Of a stretch of DNA of 64,000 nt, positions 9,901-17,969 are shown piece after piece. Source of the DNA: Candidatus Omnitrophota bacterium. Its GTDB lineage: Bacteria; Omnitrophota; Gorgyraeia; Tantalellales; Tantalellaceae. The translations under genes were made by a program, and so were the position numbers. Positions within the stretch are counted from its first letter, which is position 1; each line of letters opens with the position of its first letter. The notes beneath the pieces are model-generated. The model saw only the letters and a program-made list of their open reading frames with translations, had not been told where the DNA came from and did not search any database. The stretch spans positions 3,555 through 67,554 of the forward strand of contig JADGBR010000014.1 of NCBI GenBank assembly GCA_015231405.1, read 5' to 3'.

Positions 9901-12900
9901 ATGTATGTCGTTCCTGATATTGCCCACGAGGCCATTCCGGCCGTCGCGCCCCCCCAGGGCTACCACCATATTTATGGCGTCCTGTCTTAACTTCTCGATG
10001 AGATCGTCATCCCCCACAGACAGCACCTTCAGAAGGTTGCGTTTATTGAGAAGGCTTATCCCTTCTATCTGCAAAAGTTCTGTCATCACTCTGCGTATAC
10101 GAGGCAGCCTCGTTTCGATATCCGCTCCCCTTCCGAACCCCGCGTCGTCGCCTATCCCGCCCCTCACGAATTTCATGGTTATTATTATCTTTGAGATAAG
10201 GACATCGGCCATCACGGGTATCTCGATCGCCCTTCGTAAAAAGCGTTCAACCCCGTCCCATCCCTCAAGTATGCGTCTGTCGACCTGGCCCGCTATGTCG
10301 GTGTCGCCGTCGGGCCCGCCCAAGGCCGCCCCCAGATCTTCGATAAGCTCATTACAGCTCCTCCCTTCCACTTTCCTGATCTTATCCTTGAACTCTTCTA
10401 TCCTGCCTAAACGGTAGTAAAGATATGCCAGGCGTAAAAACTCCCGGAGGCGCGCGTAATCGTCCATTTGGGTCATATAAGAAAGCATCGCCTCCAGCTC
10501 GAATATGTTCCCGTATTTCGCCGATGAAAAAAGCATAGGAAAAACGAATTTCATGTCTTCGTCTTTTATCCCGAACCTTTTAAGGTACATCGCGCAATAA
10601 GTGATATCCCCTTTTTTAGAGCCTTCTATCACCTTATCGAAGAACTTCACGAGGTCTTTCGGGTCTGTCCTGTATCTGCCTCCCCGGTCGCCACTCGCTG
10701 CCGTGTTCAGGTTCCTGAAAAGTTCATCCATCGAAATAAAGATATGTTTTTCCGGGTCAACCTCGGCGACGGTTCGCATGAAATCACCGGCTGCCCTGGA
10801 TATCCCGTTCCACGAGATCTCTAATTTGGACGTGACGATGCGTATCATCTCATCCGTCAGTAGTTCCGGATGTTTCCTTATAAAAACCGCCAGATTGTTC
10901 ATGGTCTTATCGATACTGGAGGTATCAGCCTTAACATACGCCAGTACCGCGTCGAGTATAAATCGCCTGTATGTTTCGTCCGCGCGCCCCGCAGCCATTA
11001 GAAGCGGCTCTGAGATATGCCCCCTCCACCTTTCATGTTCCGGATCGTCAAAAACATCCTTAAGCCATTTCCTGAGAAAATCGAACTGCGGCACTTCCTG
11101 GCAATTCTCGATAACGGCGGCGAGGAACTTCAGCGAAAAAAGCCTGGCGCCGAGCTGTATGTCCTCCCTTTTAACATACTGGCTTTCCAGCTCGGCGGGT
11201 ATATCCTCAAGCTTTCTCGTGAAAAGATCTATGGCGTACTGGACCAATTCGGGCGTGACCGCGCCCGGATCCGCTTTGACCATGGCCGCCGCGATATTTT
11301 CGATATTAGCGAAAATACCGCGAGCGAGTTCTTTTCGTCCTGCCAGAGAATCCGTTTTTGTCAGGTCCAGGATGCCTTTCAGCATCCCGGGCTTTACCAC
11401 CCCGTGATCATGCCTTATAAAGTTCGCGACTTCTTTATCCAGTCCCAAATAGCAGTAGCTCTTGGAATCTTTTACGGCCCGATCCATTAGGATCTCGAAA
11501 AGGCCGTTATCCAGTGACATTAACCGCCTTTCTTCCATGAATTCTTCCAGGATTTTAACCACCGCGTTTGTGGCGTCCGCATCCAGATCACCCGACTCTT
11601 TGAACTCGTTCTCCGGGCCGTCCGCGCCAAGCCCTAACTCGGACGAAACCGCGGCGACCCGGGGCTTATCCTTCATTAGCAAGGCCTTCAACATCCGCCC
11701 GTATGGCTCCTTCTTTTCTGGGAACTCTTCGGTGATCAAAACCATAAGTTTTCCCGCGTTATGGTATTTACGGAATTCCCGTCCGTCCATCCCCGTAAAA
11801 AAGAACCTGTCGAAGTCCGGCCTGAGATCGGGCCTGGCCTTATAAACCCCGAACATGACATCCACCGCCAGGTCCTTCATTTTTCCCGCCAGCACAATGT
11901 CGCTATAGTAGTGCAAATAGCTGAAAACTTCGAACATATCTTCCAATATCTCTTTGGTTATCTCCCCGGGCCTGGCTCCGTAATATACAAGGATGGGGGT
12001 ATCCTTATTTTTCTTTTTGCCGCTTTCCTTTTCTTCCCGGTAACTCTTTTCCAGATCCCTTTTCAGGATATCATTAACGCGCTCATCGGTCGAACCTTGA
12101 AGATACGCGTACTCGGCAAATTCTTTTTGCGAATCCTTGTGAGCTTCGTTCTCCGACAGCTTTTTAACGGCCAACTCTTTAAGCTCTCCCGGGACCAGGT
12201 CGGGCCTATTGATAGAGATGATGAGCAGAAGTTTCGCTATGAACAGAGTTTTCCTCATATTCCTCATGCCCAGAGACCCTACCAGCATATCCACGAATTC
12301 AGGCTCTATGAGGTCCGGCCTCTCATAGAATATCTTCACAAAGAACAGCTCCATATCGTAATTATGGAAGTTGTCGGCGAGATACCGGCTGAATACCTCG
12401 TTGACTATCAGGTACGGGGGAAGGGCTTTCGCGTTCTTAAAAAGATCTTCCTTTATTTCGTCCTTTTCCTCGCCGAGTTGGCCGAAAAATTCTTCCCGAC
12501 GTTTACCGGTATCTTCCGGCGCCGCCGAAAGAAGATGTTTGATGAACTTAACCCTCTTATCCCAGTCCCAGAAGATGCCGGTAAAGAAATTGTTCCCGTA
12601 ATGGCCGAATACTTTTTCCATAGCTTCGACGAATCGCATCTCGTTTTCGCTAAGTTCTTTCGTATCCAGTAACCCCCTCCTCATCATCAACACCATAGTG
12701 CTTGCCTTTACCAGGATCTTATTGAGAAGCTGCCGCCCCTTTAATTCCGAGTTTTCGGGTGAGATGTTCAGGTATAGGTCTTTTATCCGCGACTTACGGC
12801 CGTACAAGACTTTTCTCATGATACGCTGATACACTTTTCGTTTTTCGGATGACAGGTATTCGATAAGAAGTGTGTTTTCTTTTTCGATAACGCGGTAGAT

Positions 12901-13173
12901 AAGCTCTTTTTCACTAGTGCCTTTAAGGCGTAGATCTATCTGTACCTTGCCGTCCCTTCGAAACAAGAGGTCTTCTCCTTCCATTTTAGTGCTTTCCACG
13001 AACTCTAAACGTTCTCTGGATAAGGCATTAAAATAAATCGCTCTTCTTTCCAAGAGACTATCCATATGGGTCCATGGGGAAAGGGTATAAGCTTGATCGT
13101 TAAGAACAAGTTGAGTAACGATACAGCATACCGATACAAAGATCTTTATGCATTTGGAGTTGAGTCTCTTCAT
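6910..13173 (-). CDS. Giant (2087 aa) protein with a signal-anchor N-terminus and a long helical region, followed by a PEP-utilising phospho-His (swivel) domain and then a PPDK-type nucleotide-binding domain
   Basis: His-domain motif ENCAGIIIMKEESLLSHPAIRARQFNIPFVMCS. Downstream PPDK_N-like motifs LGGGLYFFRSSTNAEDLPRYAGAGLYDSFGNIS, GMSVLVHKMEKADYGFVVHTLDP and DLKFVFVQTRDQ. The His-then-nucleotide-binding order resembles glucan/phosphoglucan water dikinases rather than PPDK or PEP synthase. Confidence 0.8.
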   Translation of the reverse strand: MKRLNSKCIKIFVSVCCIVTQLVLNDQAYTLSPWTHMDSLLERRAIYFNALSRERLEFVESTKMEGEDLLFRRDGKVQIDLRLKGTSEKELIYRVIEKENTLLIEYLSSEKRKVYQRIMRKVLYGRKSRIKDLYLNISPENSELKGRQLLNKILVKASTMVLMMRRGLLDTKELSENEMRFVEAMEKVFGHYGNNFFTGIFWDWDKRVKFIKHLLSAAPEDTGKRREEFFGQLGEEKDEIKEDLFKNAKALPPYLIVNEVFSRYLADNFHNYDMELFFVKIFYERPDLIEPEFVDMLVGSLGMRNMRKTLFIAKLLLIISINRPDLVPGELKELAVKKLSENEAHKDSQKEFAEYAYLQGSTDERVNDILKRDLEKSYREEKESGKKKNKDTPILVYYGARPGEITKEILEDMFEVFSYLHYYSDIVLAGKMKDLAVDVMFGVYKARPDLRPDFDRFFFTGMDGREFRKYHNAGKLMVLITEEFPEKKEPYGRMLKALLMKDKPRVAAVSSELGLGADGPENEFKESGDLDADATNAVVKILEEFMEERRLMSLDNGLFEILMDRAVKDSKSYCYLGLDKEVANFIRHDHGVVKPGMLKGILDLTKTDSLAGRKELARGIFANIENIAAAMVKADPGAVTPELVQYAIDLFTRKLEDIPAELESQYVKREDIQLGARLFSLKFLAAVIENCQEVPQFDFLRKWLKDVFDDPEHERWRGHISEPLLMAAGRADETYRRFILDAVLAYVKADTSSIDKTMNNLAVFIRKHPELLTDEMIRIVTSKLEISWNGISRAAGDFMRTVAEVDPEKHIFISMDELFRNLNTAASGDRGGRYRTDPKDLVKFFDKVIEGSKKGDITYCAMYLKRFGIKDEDMKFVFPMLFSSAKYGNIFELEAMLSYMTQMDDYARLREFLRLAYLYYRLGRIEEFKDKIRKVEGRSCNELIEDLGAALGGPDGDTDIAGQVDRRILEGWDGVERFLRRAIEIPVMADVLISKIIITMKFVRGGIGDDAGFGRGADIETRLPRIRRVMTELLQIEGISLLNKRNLLKVLSVGDDDLIEKLRQDAINMVVALGGRDGRNGLVGNIRNDIHNRPSPQHLYVVRLLRDWLVSNCSDENVAQSIRKCGYTVEASDAIPDAARRQRVINACNTALATLETVYGEGNLEGIGTLFNNWRGSFEGYGAEKDDVGSIVRRNYSGERRSVDDLGEIIRARGIVFELTRFTRGEAATSGIQLLNSLEVLFYSVYNRIEKDVTDLASMKEMMTILLRNTAFNGYDRNEIDAMLRDVEAFDPEQYGEEKYLRLYSLMNRAERLINVSAGKIIAQYQSMAERTARALNVGPDGEEWVENFSSNLFRSDTIYLLSMFLKDVKEHVMTEGGISGWQVVVKGDMRGRLRFIDDVRNQKDIQPSDIVVVKELPAESPPIENCAGIIIMKEESLLSHPAIRARQFNIPFVMCSDADTVEEMLKGYHDKDIIIRAGNDGLAITDLGDKIKEGSYRVHEVASAFTVPPVETDGEYLLSPGEYKLENAGNKALRLSGIRYGDKVPRHMAISFAFYKHILDLKKNAKIKEEMSYIEKRMGSADREELVFLLNLMKFKIKSLDIPEDEVKSICAKIKDELGGGLYFFRSSTNAEDLPRYAGAGLYDSFGNISPDDPGMVDEFIKKVWMSVWNERAYFDREANGIPHDEVGMSVLVHKMEKADYGFVVHTLDPVGEDPEDMVIEIVEGLGETLVSGEYPGSPHRFLINRKTREIKRISFANKSERLVSGAGGLVTERVSYDKDHFARPLAECKDILLRIFDSAMKIRGSFEDEQDMEGCISEEDGDLKFVFVQTRDQQGAEHNGNGHDVAERFDSYYGIKGKPGFMSLEEGLLSRGEALAGKKEYATDEYTEGLDKLAADEPMAKRGFIIFADEIINDALMLDIGRSVKRLTEEATLLKGMTFFIHYKDEKNAVLVERMIAGSGADIKVVFLAPNGREGKFTEEETVNSVIRTARAKGAGEILGVLKGPAGDPARMSDLSIREKIPFIIVGIERGLYSFEAVLMKALEIRKTGASGGWLYALPPVTLVTKEIKAEYEEYLSTLGAMSAA

Positions 13174-13307
13174 TTTATGTGAATAATAGGGTTTCTATTG
13201 GAGACTCATTATAATACGAAAAAGCCAGAATGTCAAATAATACTTTTGGATGTTCTAACTCGGGGTTTATCGAATGAAAGGTTTACAGCTTATGCTTAAT
13301 ACTGCGG

Positions 13308-13341
13308 AAAAAAAAGGGCGCGGATCACCGCGCCCTTTTTT
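13308..13341 (-). terminator. Rho-independent terminator (bidirectional: A-run, GC stem-loop, T-run)
   Basis: AAAAAAAA-GGGCGCGG-atca-CCGCGCCC-TTTTTT, between the lysW-like gene and the giant gene. Confidence 0.6.
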
Positions 13342-13351
13342 CGGCTTGCTC

Positions 13352-13570
13352 TCAATAATTGCTGTCCTCTTCATCATCATCGGACGTATAGTAATCGTCC
13401 TGATCGTCATCTGACCCTTTTAGAACTTTCAGTCTCGGCGGGTCCAAACTCGCTATCTTCAGCTCAGCGTCGCATGAATCGCAGTATATCGTCTCGCCTA
13501 CGGCGAAAAAAGCCTCGAACTCAATATCCTCACCGCATTCGGGACAATGGACGTTGATCTTTCTTGCCAT
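13352..13570 (-). CDS. LysW/ArgW-like zinc-ribbon amino-group carrier protein homolog with an acidic C-terminal tail
   Basis: 72 aa with CPECG...CDSCDAEL...LDPPRLKV and a C-terminal tail DDDQDDYYTSDDDEEDSNY. It closely parallels Thermus LysW (CPECGAEL...CEDCGAELEV..LDPLRL..EDWGE). Confidence 0.55.
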   Translation of the reverse strand: MARKINVHCPECGEDIEFEAFFAVGETIYCDSCDAELKIASLDPPRLKVLKGSDDDQDDYYTSDDDEEDSNY

Positions 13571-13625
13571 CTCTTACCCTCCTAGTATGATAGCGGACGG
13601 CCATATTAACGCCATCCTTGTTTTG

Positions 13626-14087
13626 TTATTCAAGCGATACGTACACCGCGATATTCTTGTCGCCCTCTTTCACATATTCCACGTATACGTCATCGCCTTT
13701 AACGAACTCGGCTAAAGAAGCCTTCCCGTCTATCTCGGTCTTCTCATTGGTCGTGAACACGTACTCAACTGTCTTTTCCTGGTCCGTCTCGGCGTCGTAC
13801 TCTTTCTCGGCTACCGTTACCGCATTCGCCGCGACATTAGTTACCTCGCCAAAAACGTAGATACGGTCATCTTCGGCGGCGCCGGTATAGGCGTCGTCTT
13901 CGGCTGCGACAGGCGCGACGGCTGCAGGTGCGACAGCGGCTGGCGCGACAGCGGCAGGCGCGGCTTTAACTGCGGGAGCGGTTGGCGCGGCCGCGGCTGG
14001 CTGGGTGGCATTATCCGCCGCATAAGCGTTCATCGAAACGGCGAGCACGAGCAACAGGAACACTACCATGATCCATTTACTCTTCAT
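13626..14087 (-). CDS. Secreted protein with an Ala/Pro-rich low-complexity linker
   Basis: Signal peptide MKSKWIMVVFLLLVLAVSMNAYA, AAPTAPAVKAAPAAVAPAAVAPAAV repeats, and an acidic beta-rich C-terminal domain. Confidence 0.6.
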   Translation of the reverse strand: MKSKWIMVVFLLLVLAVSMNAYAADNATQPAAAAPTAPAVKAAPAAVAPAAVAPAAVAPVAAEDDAYTGAAEDDRIYVFGEVTNVAANAVTVAEKEYDAETDQEKTVEYVFTTNEKTEIDGKASLAEFVKGDDVYVEYVKEGDKNIAVYVSLE

Positions 14088-14268
14088 ATTTCTCTCCTTT
14101 TTTTAAATAACATTTTATTTTCTTATTTCTCTATTTTTATCGTCCGGCCCATATAGACATTTTATACGGGCTTATGCGGATATAGTTTACTGCATTTTAT
14201 CCAAAAGTCAAGGGAAGCGCTACTATAGGTAACAACAACACCAGTCGAAAAAGTTCCCGATTTTAAAA

Positions 14269-16401
14269 TTAAATCGCCAACAGCCCGACTACCGAAATAG
14301 GGTTTATCCTGTAAATATCGGAAGAGGACAATTCATCTTCCGGGCCGGGATCAGGTACGACTTCTTTCCCCGGCAAGCTCGTATCAAGTACCCTATACCA
14401 TCTTTTTCCCTTTAACCTGGGGATCTTGACGATACTCTCGATGTTATTGATATTAATTATGAAGAAAAGGCGATAATCCCCTAATTCTGACGGCGCGGCG
14501 CCTCCGTTCAGATAACAGCAAAATGTTTTTATTTTATGACTTTCCCAGTTTATCTTATCGAGTTTTTCGCCGAACCACGCGATATCGCTCAACTTATCAA
14601 AATCCAGCGGTTGCCCGGGCATGAACTTTCTTTTCTGGAGGACAGTGTATTTTTTACGGAATTTTATCAAGTCTTTGGTGAATTCGATGACATCTTTATT
14701 TTTTCCGGCGCGATCCCAGTCGAACCAGCTTATCTCATTGTCCTGGCAATAAGCGTTATTATTTCCTTTCTGGGTGCGCATGAACTCGTCGCCTCCGAGG
14801 AGCATCGGCGTCCCGAGCGGTATAAGCACCGAAACAAGCGCGTTCTTTACCAGCTTCTTCCTTAAAGCCAGCACCATTTCGTCGTGAGTTTCCCCCTCGA
14901 CACCGGCGTTCCATGAGTAATTCTCGTGCGCACCGTCCCTGTTCTCTTCCCCGTTGGCCTCATTGTGTTTGCGCTCATATGAGTAAAGATCGTTCAAAGT
15001 GAACCCGTCATGGCAGGTTATGAAATTAACGCTGTGATACGGAGTCCTCAAATCGTCTCCGTAGAGGTCGGCCGACCCCGTAAGCCTGAACGCGAGCTCT
15101 TTAGCCTGGTGCGGATATCCCTTGAAGAATTTACGCATATTGTCCCTGAACTTGTCGTTCCACTCCGCCCACTCCGGCGGGAAATTGCCTACGGCGTATG
15201 TCGTAAGGTCCCATGGCTCGGCTATAAGCTTGACATTCTTAAGGACAGGGTCGGACGCGACGGCCTTAAAGAAGCCCGAATCCTTGCTGTACTGGCCCTT
15301 CACCCTGGCCAGGACGGACGCCAGGTCGAACCGGAACCCGTCGACGCGCATTTCCTCCGTCCAGTACCTTAGTGAATCCAGGACAAGCCTCATAGCCGCG
15401 GGGTTTTCCAGGTTAAGGGTATTGCCGCATCCCGTATCGTTGATATAGAATCTGTACGGATTGTTCTCGTAGCCTCTAAGGGCGTAATACGACGGATTAT
15501 CGATGCCCCTCAAACATAACGTCGGGCCGAGCTCGCTGCCCTCACCCGTATGGTTGTAGACCACATCCAGGATGACCTCAATCCCAGCCTTGTGGAGCTC
15601 CCTGACAAGTGTCTTGAATTCCGCCACGGCGGCCGCTCCGCCCCGGTCGCGCGCGTAAGATTTTTCGGGTGCGAAATAACCCAGGGAATTATATCCCCAG
15701 TAATCCGAAAGGCCCGTTTTCACAAGCCCGTCCCTTTTATAGAACTGATGAATGGGAAGGAATTCGACCGCGTTCACACCCAGTTCTTTGAGGTATTGTA
15801 TCTTTTCGGTGAACCCCGGATATGTGCCGGGAGATCTGACGCGGCTCGAGGGATGGGCGGTGAATCCCTTGACGTGGACCTCGTAAATAATATATTTTTC
15901 AAGAGGGATATCCGGCTTCGCCACGTTCTGCCAATCGAAAGAATCGTCGACGACCACGGATCTCGGGACGATATGCGTGTTATCGCGCTTATCGAAAGAA
16001 AGGTCCCGGTCGTTCCCTTTGTTCTCATATCCCAGGAGGAGATCGTCCTCGTTCAGGAAATCGCCTTCGAAAGCTTTTGCGTATGGGTCGATGAGTAATT
16101 TGTTCTCGTTGAACCTCATCCCCTCTTTCGGGTCATATTCTCCCCTTACCTTGTATCCGTAAAGCTGGCCGGCTTTGAGACCATAAACAAAAATATGCCA
16201 TATGTTGTGCGCGGATCTCTCAAGCCGCAGTATATCGGAAGGATATTTCTCGCCGGGATCGAAAAGAAGGAGAAATATTTCGGTAGCGTATCCCGAAAAA
16301 ATGGCGAAATTCACGCCTCTATCGGAGACCACGGCTCCAAGGTTTTTCCCGCTCCCCGCTGACGTCCGCTTGTCGGTTCTATGCGCTAGTTTATATCCCA
16401 T
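14269..16401 (-). CDS. glgX: Glycogen debranching enzyme (GH13 isoamylase-type)
   Basis: 710 aa. GH13 catalytic regions DVVYNHT, GFRFDLASVLAR, EPWD, and FITCHDGFTLNDL, which is conserved in GlgX. Confidence 0.9.
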   Translation of the reverse strand: MGYKLAHRTDKRTSAGSGKNLGAVVSDRGVNFAIFSGYATEIFLLLFDPGEKYPSDILRLERSAHNIWHIFVYGLKAGQLYGYKVRGEYDPKEGMRFNENKLLIDPYAKAFEGDFLNEDDLLLGYENKGNDRDLSFDKRDNTHIVPRSVVVDDSFDWQNVAKPDIPLEKYIIYEVHVKGFTAHPSSRVRSPGTYPGFTEKIQYLKELGVNAVEFLPIHQFYKRDGLVKTGLSDYWGYNSLGYFAPEKSYARDRGGAAAVAEFKTLVRELHKAGIEVILDVVYNHTGEGSELGPTLCLRGIDNPSYYALRGYENNPYRFYINDTGCGNTLNLENPAAMRLVLDSLRYWTEEMRVDGFRFDLASVLARVKGQYSKDSGFFKAVASDPVLKNVKLIAEPWDLTTYAVGNFPPEWAEWNDKFRDNMRKFFKGYPHQAKELAFRLTGSADLYGDDLRTPYHSVNFITCHDGFTLNDLYSYERKHNEANGEENRDGAHENYSWNAGVEGETHDEMVLALRKKLVKNALVSVLIPLGTPMLLGGDEFMRTQKGNNNAYCQDNEISWFDWDRAGKNKDVIEFTKDLIKFRKKYTVLQKRKFMPGQPLDFDKLSDIAWFGEKLDKINWESHKIKTFCCYLNGGAAPSELGDYRLFFIININNIESIVKIPRLKGKRWYRVLDTSLPGKEVVPDPGPEDELSSSDIYRINPISVVGLLAI

Positions 16402-16402
16402 A

Positions 16403-16630
16403 TCACAAAAAGAAAGGCGCAGCCGCGACCCCTGCCTTGGCGGCAGGACCTGCGGCGCCGATAGCCGCGGCGCCTACTTTTCCGGCCGTGCTCAATGCCG
16501 TGCCGGTCACGCTGCCCGCCGTTTTTACCACGGTTCCCGCTAGCTGCGCGATAGGGCTGATAGCGGCACAGCCCGTAAGTATCAACATCACGCCCGCCGC
16601 TAGGGACGCGAATATCGCTCTCTTTAACAA
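16403..16630 (-). CDS. Small Gly/Ala-rich lipoprotein
   Basis: 75 aa. Lipobox LILTGC after the signal peptide, then a Gly/Ala-rich stretch. Abuts the glgX start. Confidence 0.45.
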   Translation of the reverse strand: MLKRAIFASLAAGVMLILTGCAAISPIAQLAGTVVKTAGSVTGTALSTAGKVGAAAIGAAGPAAKAGVAAAPFFL

Positions 16631-16734
16631 AATTTACCCCCGATCCGATCTATATAGTATACCCCTTTGGACAGGAAAGACAAGGAATAGGGACGCGCCT
16701 GAGTTTGACCGCAGTTACATTTTCGCGCCGGCGG

Positions 16735-17286
16735 TTAAGCGTTCGCCTCCCGGCCGAAAAAGAACGCCCAGACCCCGGATCCGATAGATGTGCCTTTCGC
16801 GGATTCTCTCTCGAGAAAACCCGCTATCTTCTCTTTTTCCAGGATGAATACCGTGATGTCCTCTTCGGGCTCAAGATCCTGATGTGGAGCGATGTTGCGC
16901 GGATCGGATTCGTCTATCTCAACATAGAAAAGAACTGTCGAGGAGTCCATCACGCCCGACGATGTCGATAGTCTGGGGCTTTCCCCGACTATCTTTCCGA
17001 AATAGCCTGTCTCCTCTCGAAGCTCGTCGAGAGGATCTCCGCCGCCGTCAGCCTTTATCCCCGCCGGAAAACCGATGACGTAGTTATCCAGGGCACACCT
17101 GAATTGTTTAATTAGAACATACCTGTTCGAAGGAACAAGTTTGGGTATGATAACTACCGTATCGGAGGAATGTTTTCTCTCTATATATTCCCAGACGACG
17201 GGCCTGCCGTCGCGGTTCTCGTACACGGCTTCCTTGAAGATAAGCCATTTTCCTTCGCATAAAACCCTGTCGGAGATCTTTTTCAT
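16735..17286 (-). CDS. NUDIX hydrolase (ADP-ribose pyrophosphatase-like)
   Basis: 183 aa. Nudix box GFPAGIKADGGGDPLDELREETGY (Gx5Ex7REUxEExGU pattern). Confidence 0.8.
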   Translation of the reverse strand: MKKISDRVLCEGKWLIFKEAVYENRDGRPVVWEYIERKHSSDTVVIIPKLVPSNRYVLIKQFRCALDNYVIGFPAGIKADGGGDPLDELREETGYFGKIVGESPRLSTSSGVMDSSTVLFYVEIDESDPRNIAPHQDLEPEEDITVFILEKEKIAGFLERESAKGTSIGSGVWAFFFGREANA

Positions 17287-17370
17287 GGGGGCATTGAAGG
17301 GGAAGCTCCCATTTATCCCACATTCCCTGTTGACATTGATAAATGGGAGCTTTCCCTGTATCGGTTACCG

Positions 17371-17823
17371 TTATTGTTTTATCCCGGTTGTCGTGCTGAC
17401 AGCGCTCTTCAGGGCTTTGTCAGCTGTCTTGGTCTCAGCTTTCTGTATCTTTTTCGCCTCTTTGGTTTCCGCCTTCGCTTTTTCTTTTGATTCTTTTTCA
17501 GCTTCTTTTCCGGTTTTTTTGAGGTCCTTGACGGCTTCCTTGTTTTTATCCTTAGCCTCTTTCTCAGCGTCTTTACCGGCCTTTTTCATGTTTTTTGACG
17601 CTTCTTTGGTTTTATCCTTTTGCTCTTTTTCGGCCTTTTTCAGTTTTTCTTCCGCTTCCTTTTTGGCTTTCTTAGCGTCCGCTTCTCTTTTGAAATTGGC
17701 GTTATCGTTAGCCTGTTGAACAGCCATAGCTGATGGTCCTTTCCCCCCGCCTGCGGCGGCGAAAGCCGGAACGCATGACAATCCGAACAACAACATTACC
17801 GCCCATGCAACATACCTTCTCAT
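17371..17823 (-). CDS. Secreted Lys/Glu-rich low-complexity protein
   Basis: Signal peptide MRRYVAWAVMLLFGLSCVPAFA, then KKAEKEQKDKTKEASK-type charged repeats throughout. Confidence 0.55.
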   Translation of the reverse strand: MRRYVAWAVMLLFGLSCVPAFAAAGGGKGPSAMAVQQANDNANFKREADAKKAKKEAEEKLKKAEKEQKDKTKEASKNMKKAGKDAEKEAKDKNKEAVKDLKKTGKEAEKESKEKAKAETKEAKKIQKAETKTADKALKSAVSTTTGIKQ

Positions 17824-17969
17824 ATTTCCTCCTGTTTTAGACTTCTCTTGCCGGGGTTACATTTAACCCCGGAGATATTATAGCACGACCCTCTACTTAT
17901 TAGTCCAGAGTTTTGTCCGGCTCGATAGCGTGTTTTTTCATACCAGCTCATTCAATCGATCGGCGGCCT

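Noticed and set aside
10601-12672. Plus-strand ORFs of 268, 157 and 303 aa within the 2087-aa gene region
   Set aside because: Embedded antisense to a continuous 6.3-kb minus-strand ORF with recognisable domains. Translations are Ser/Pro/Arg-rich low complexity.
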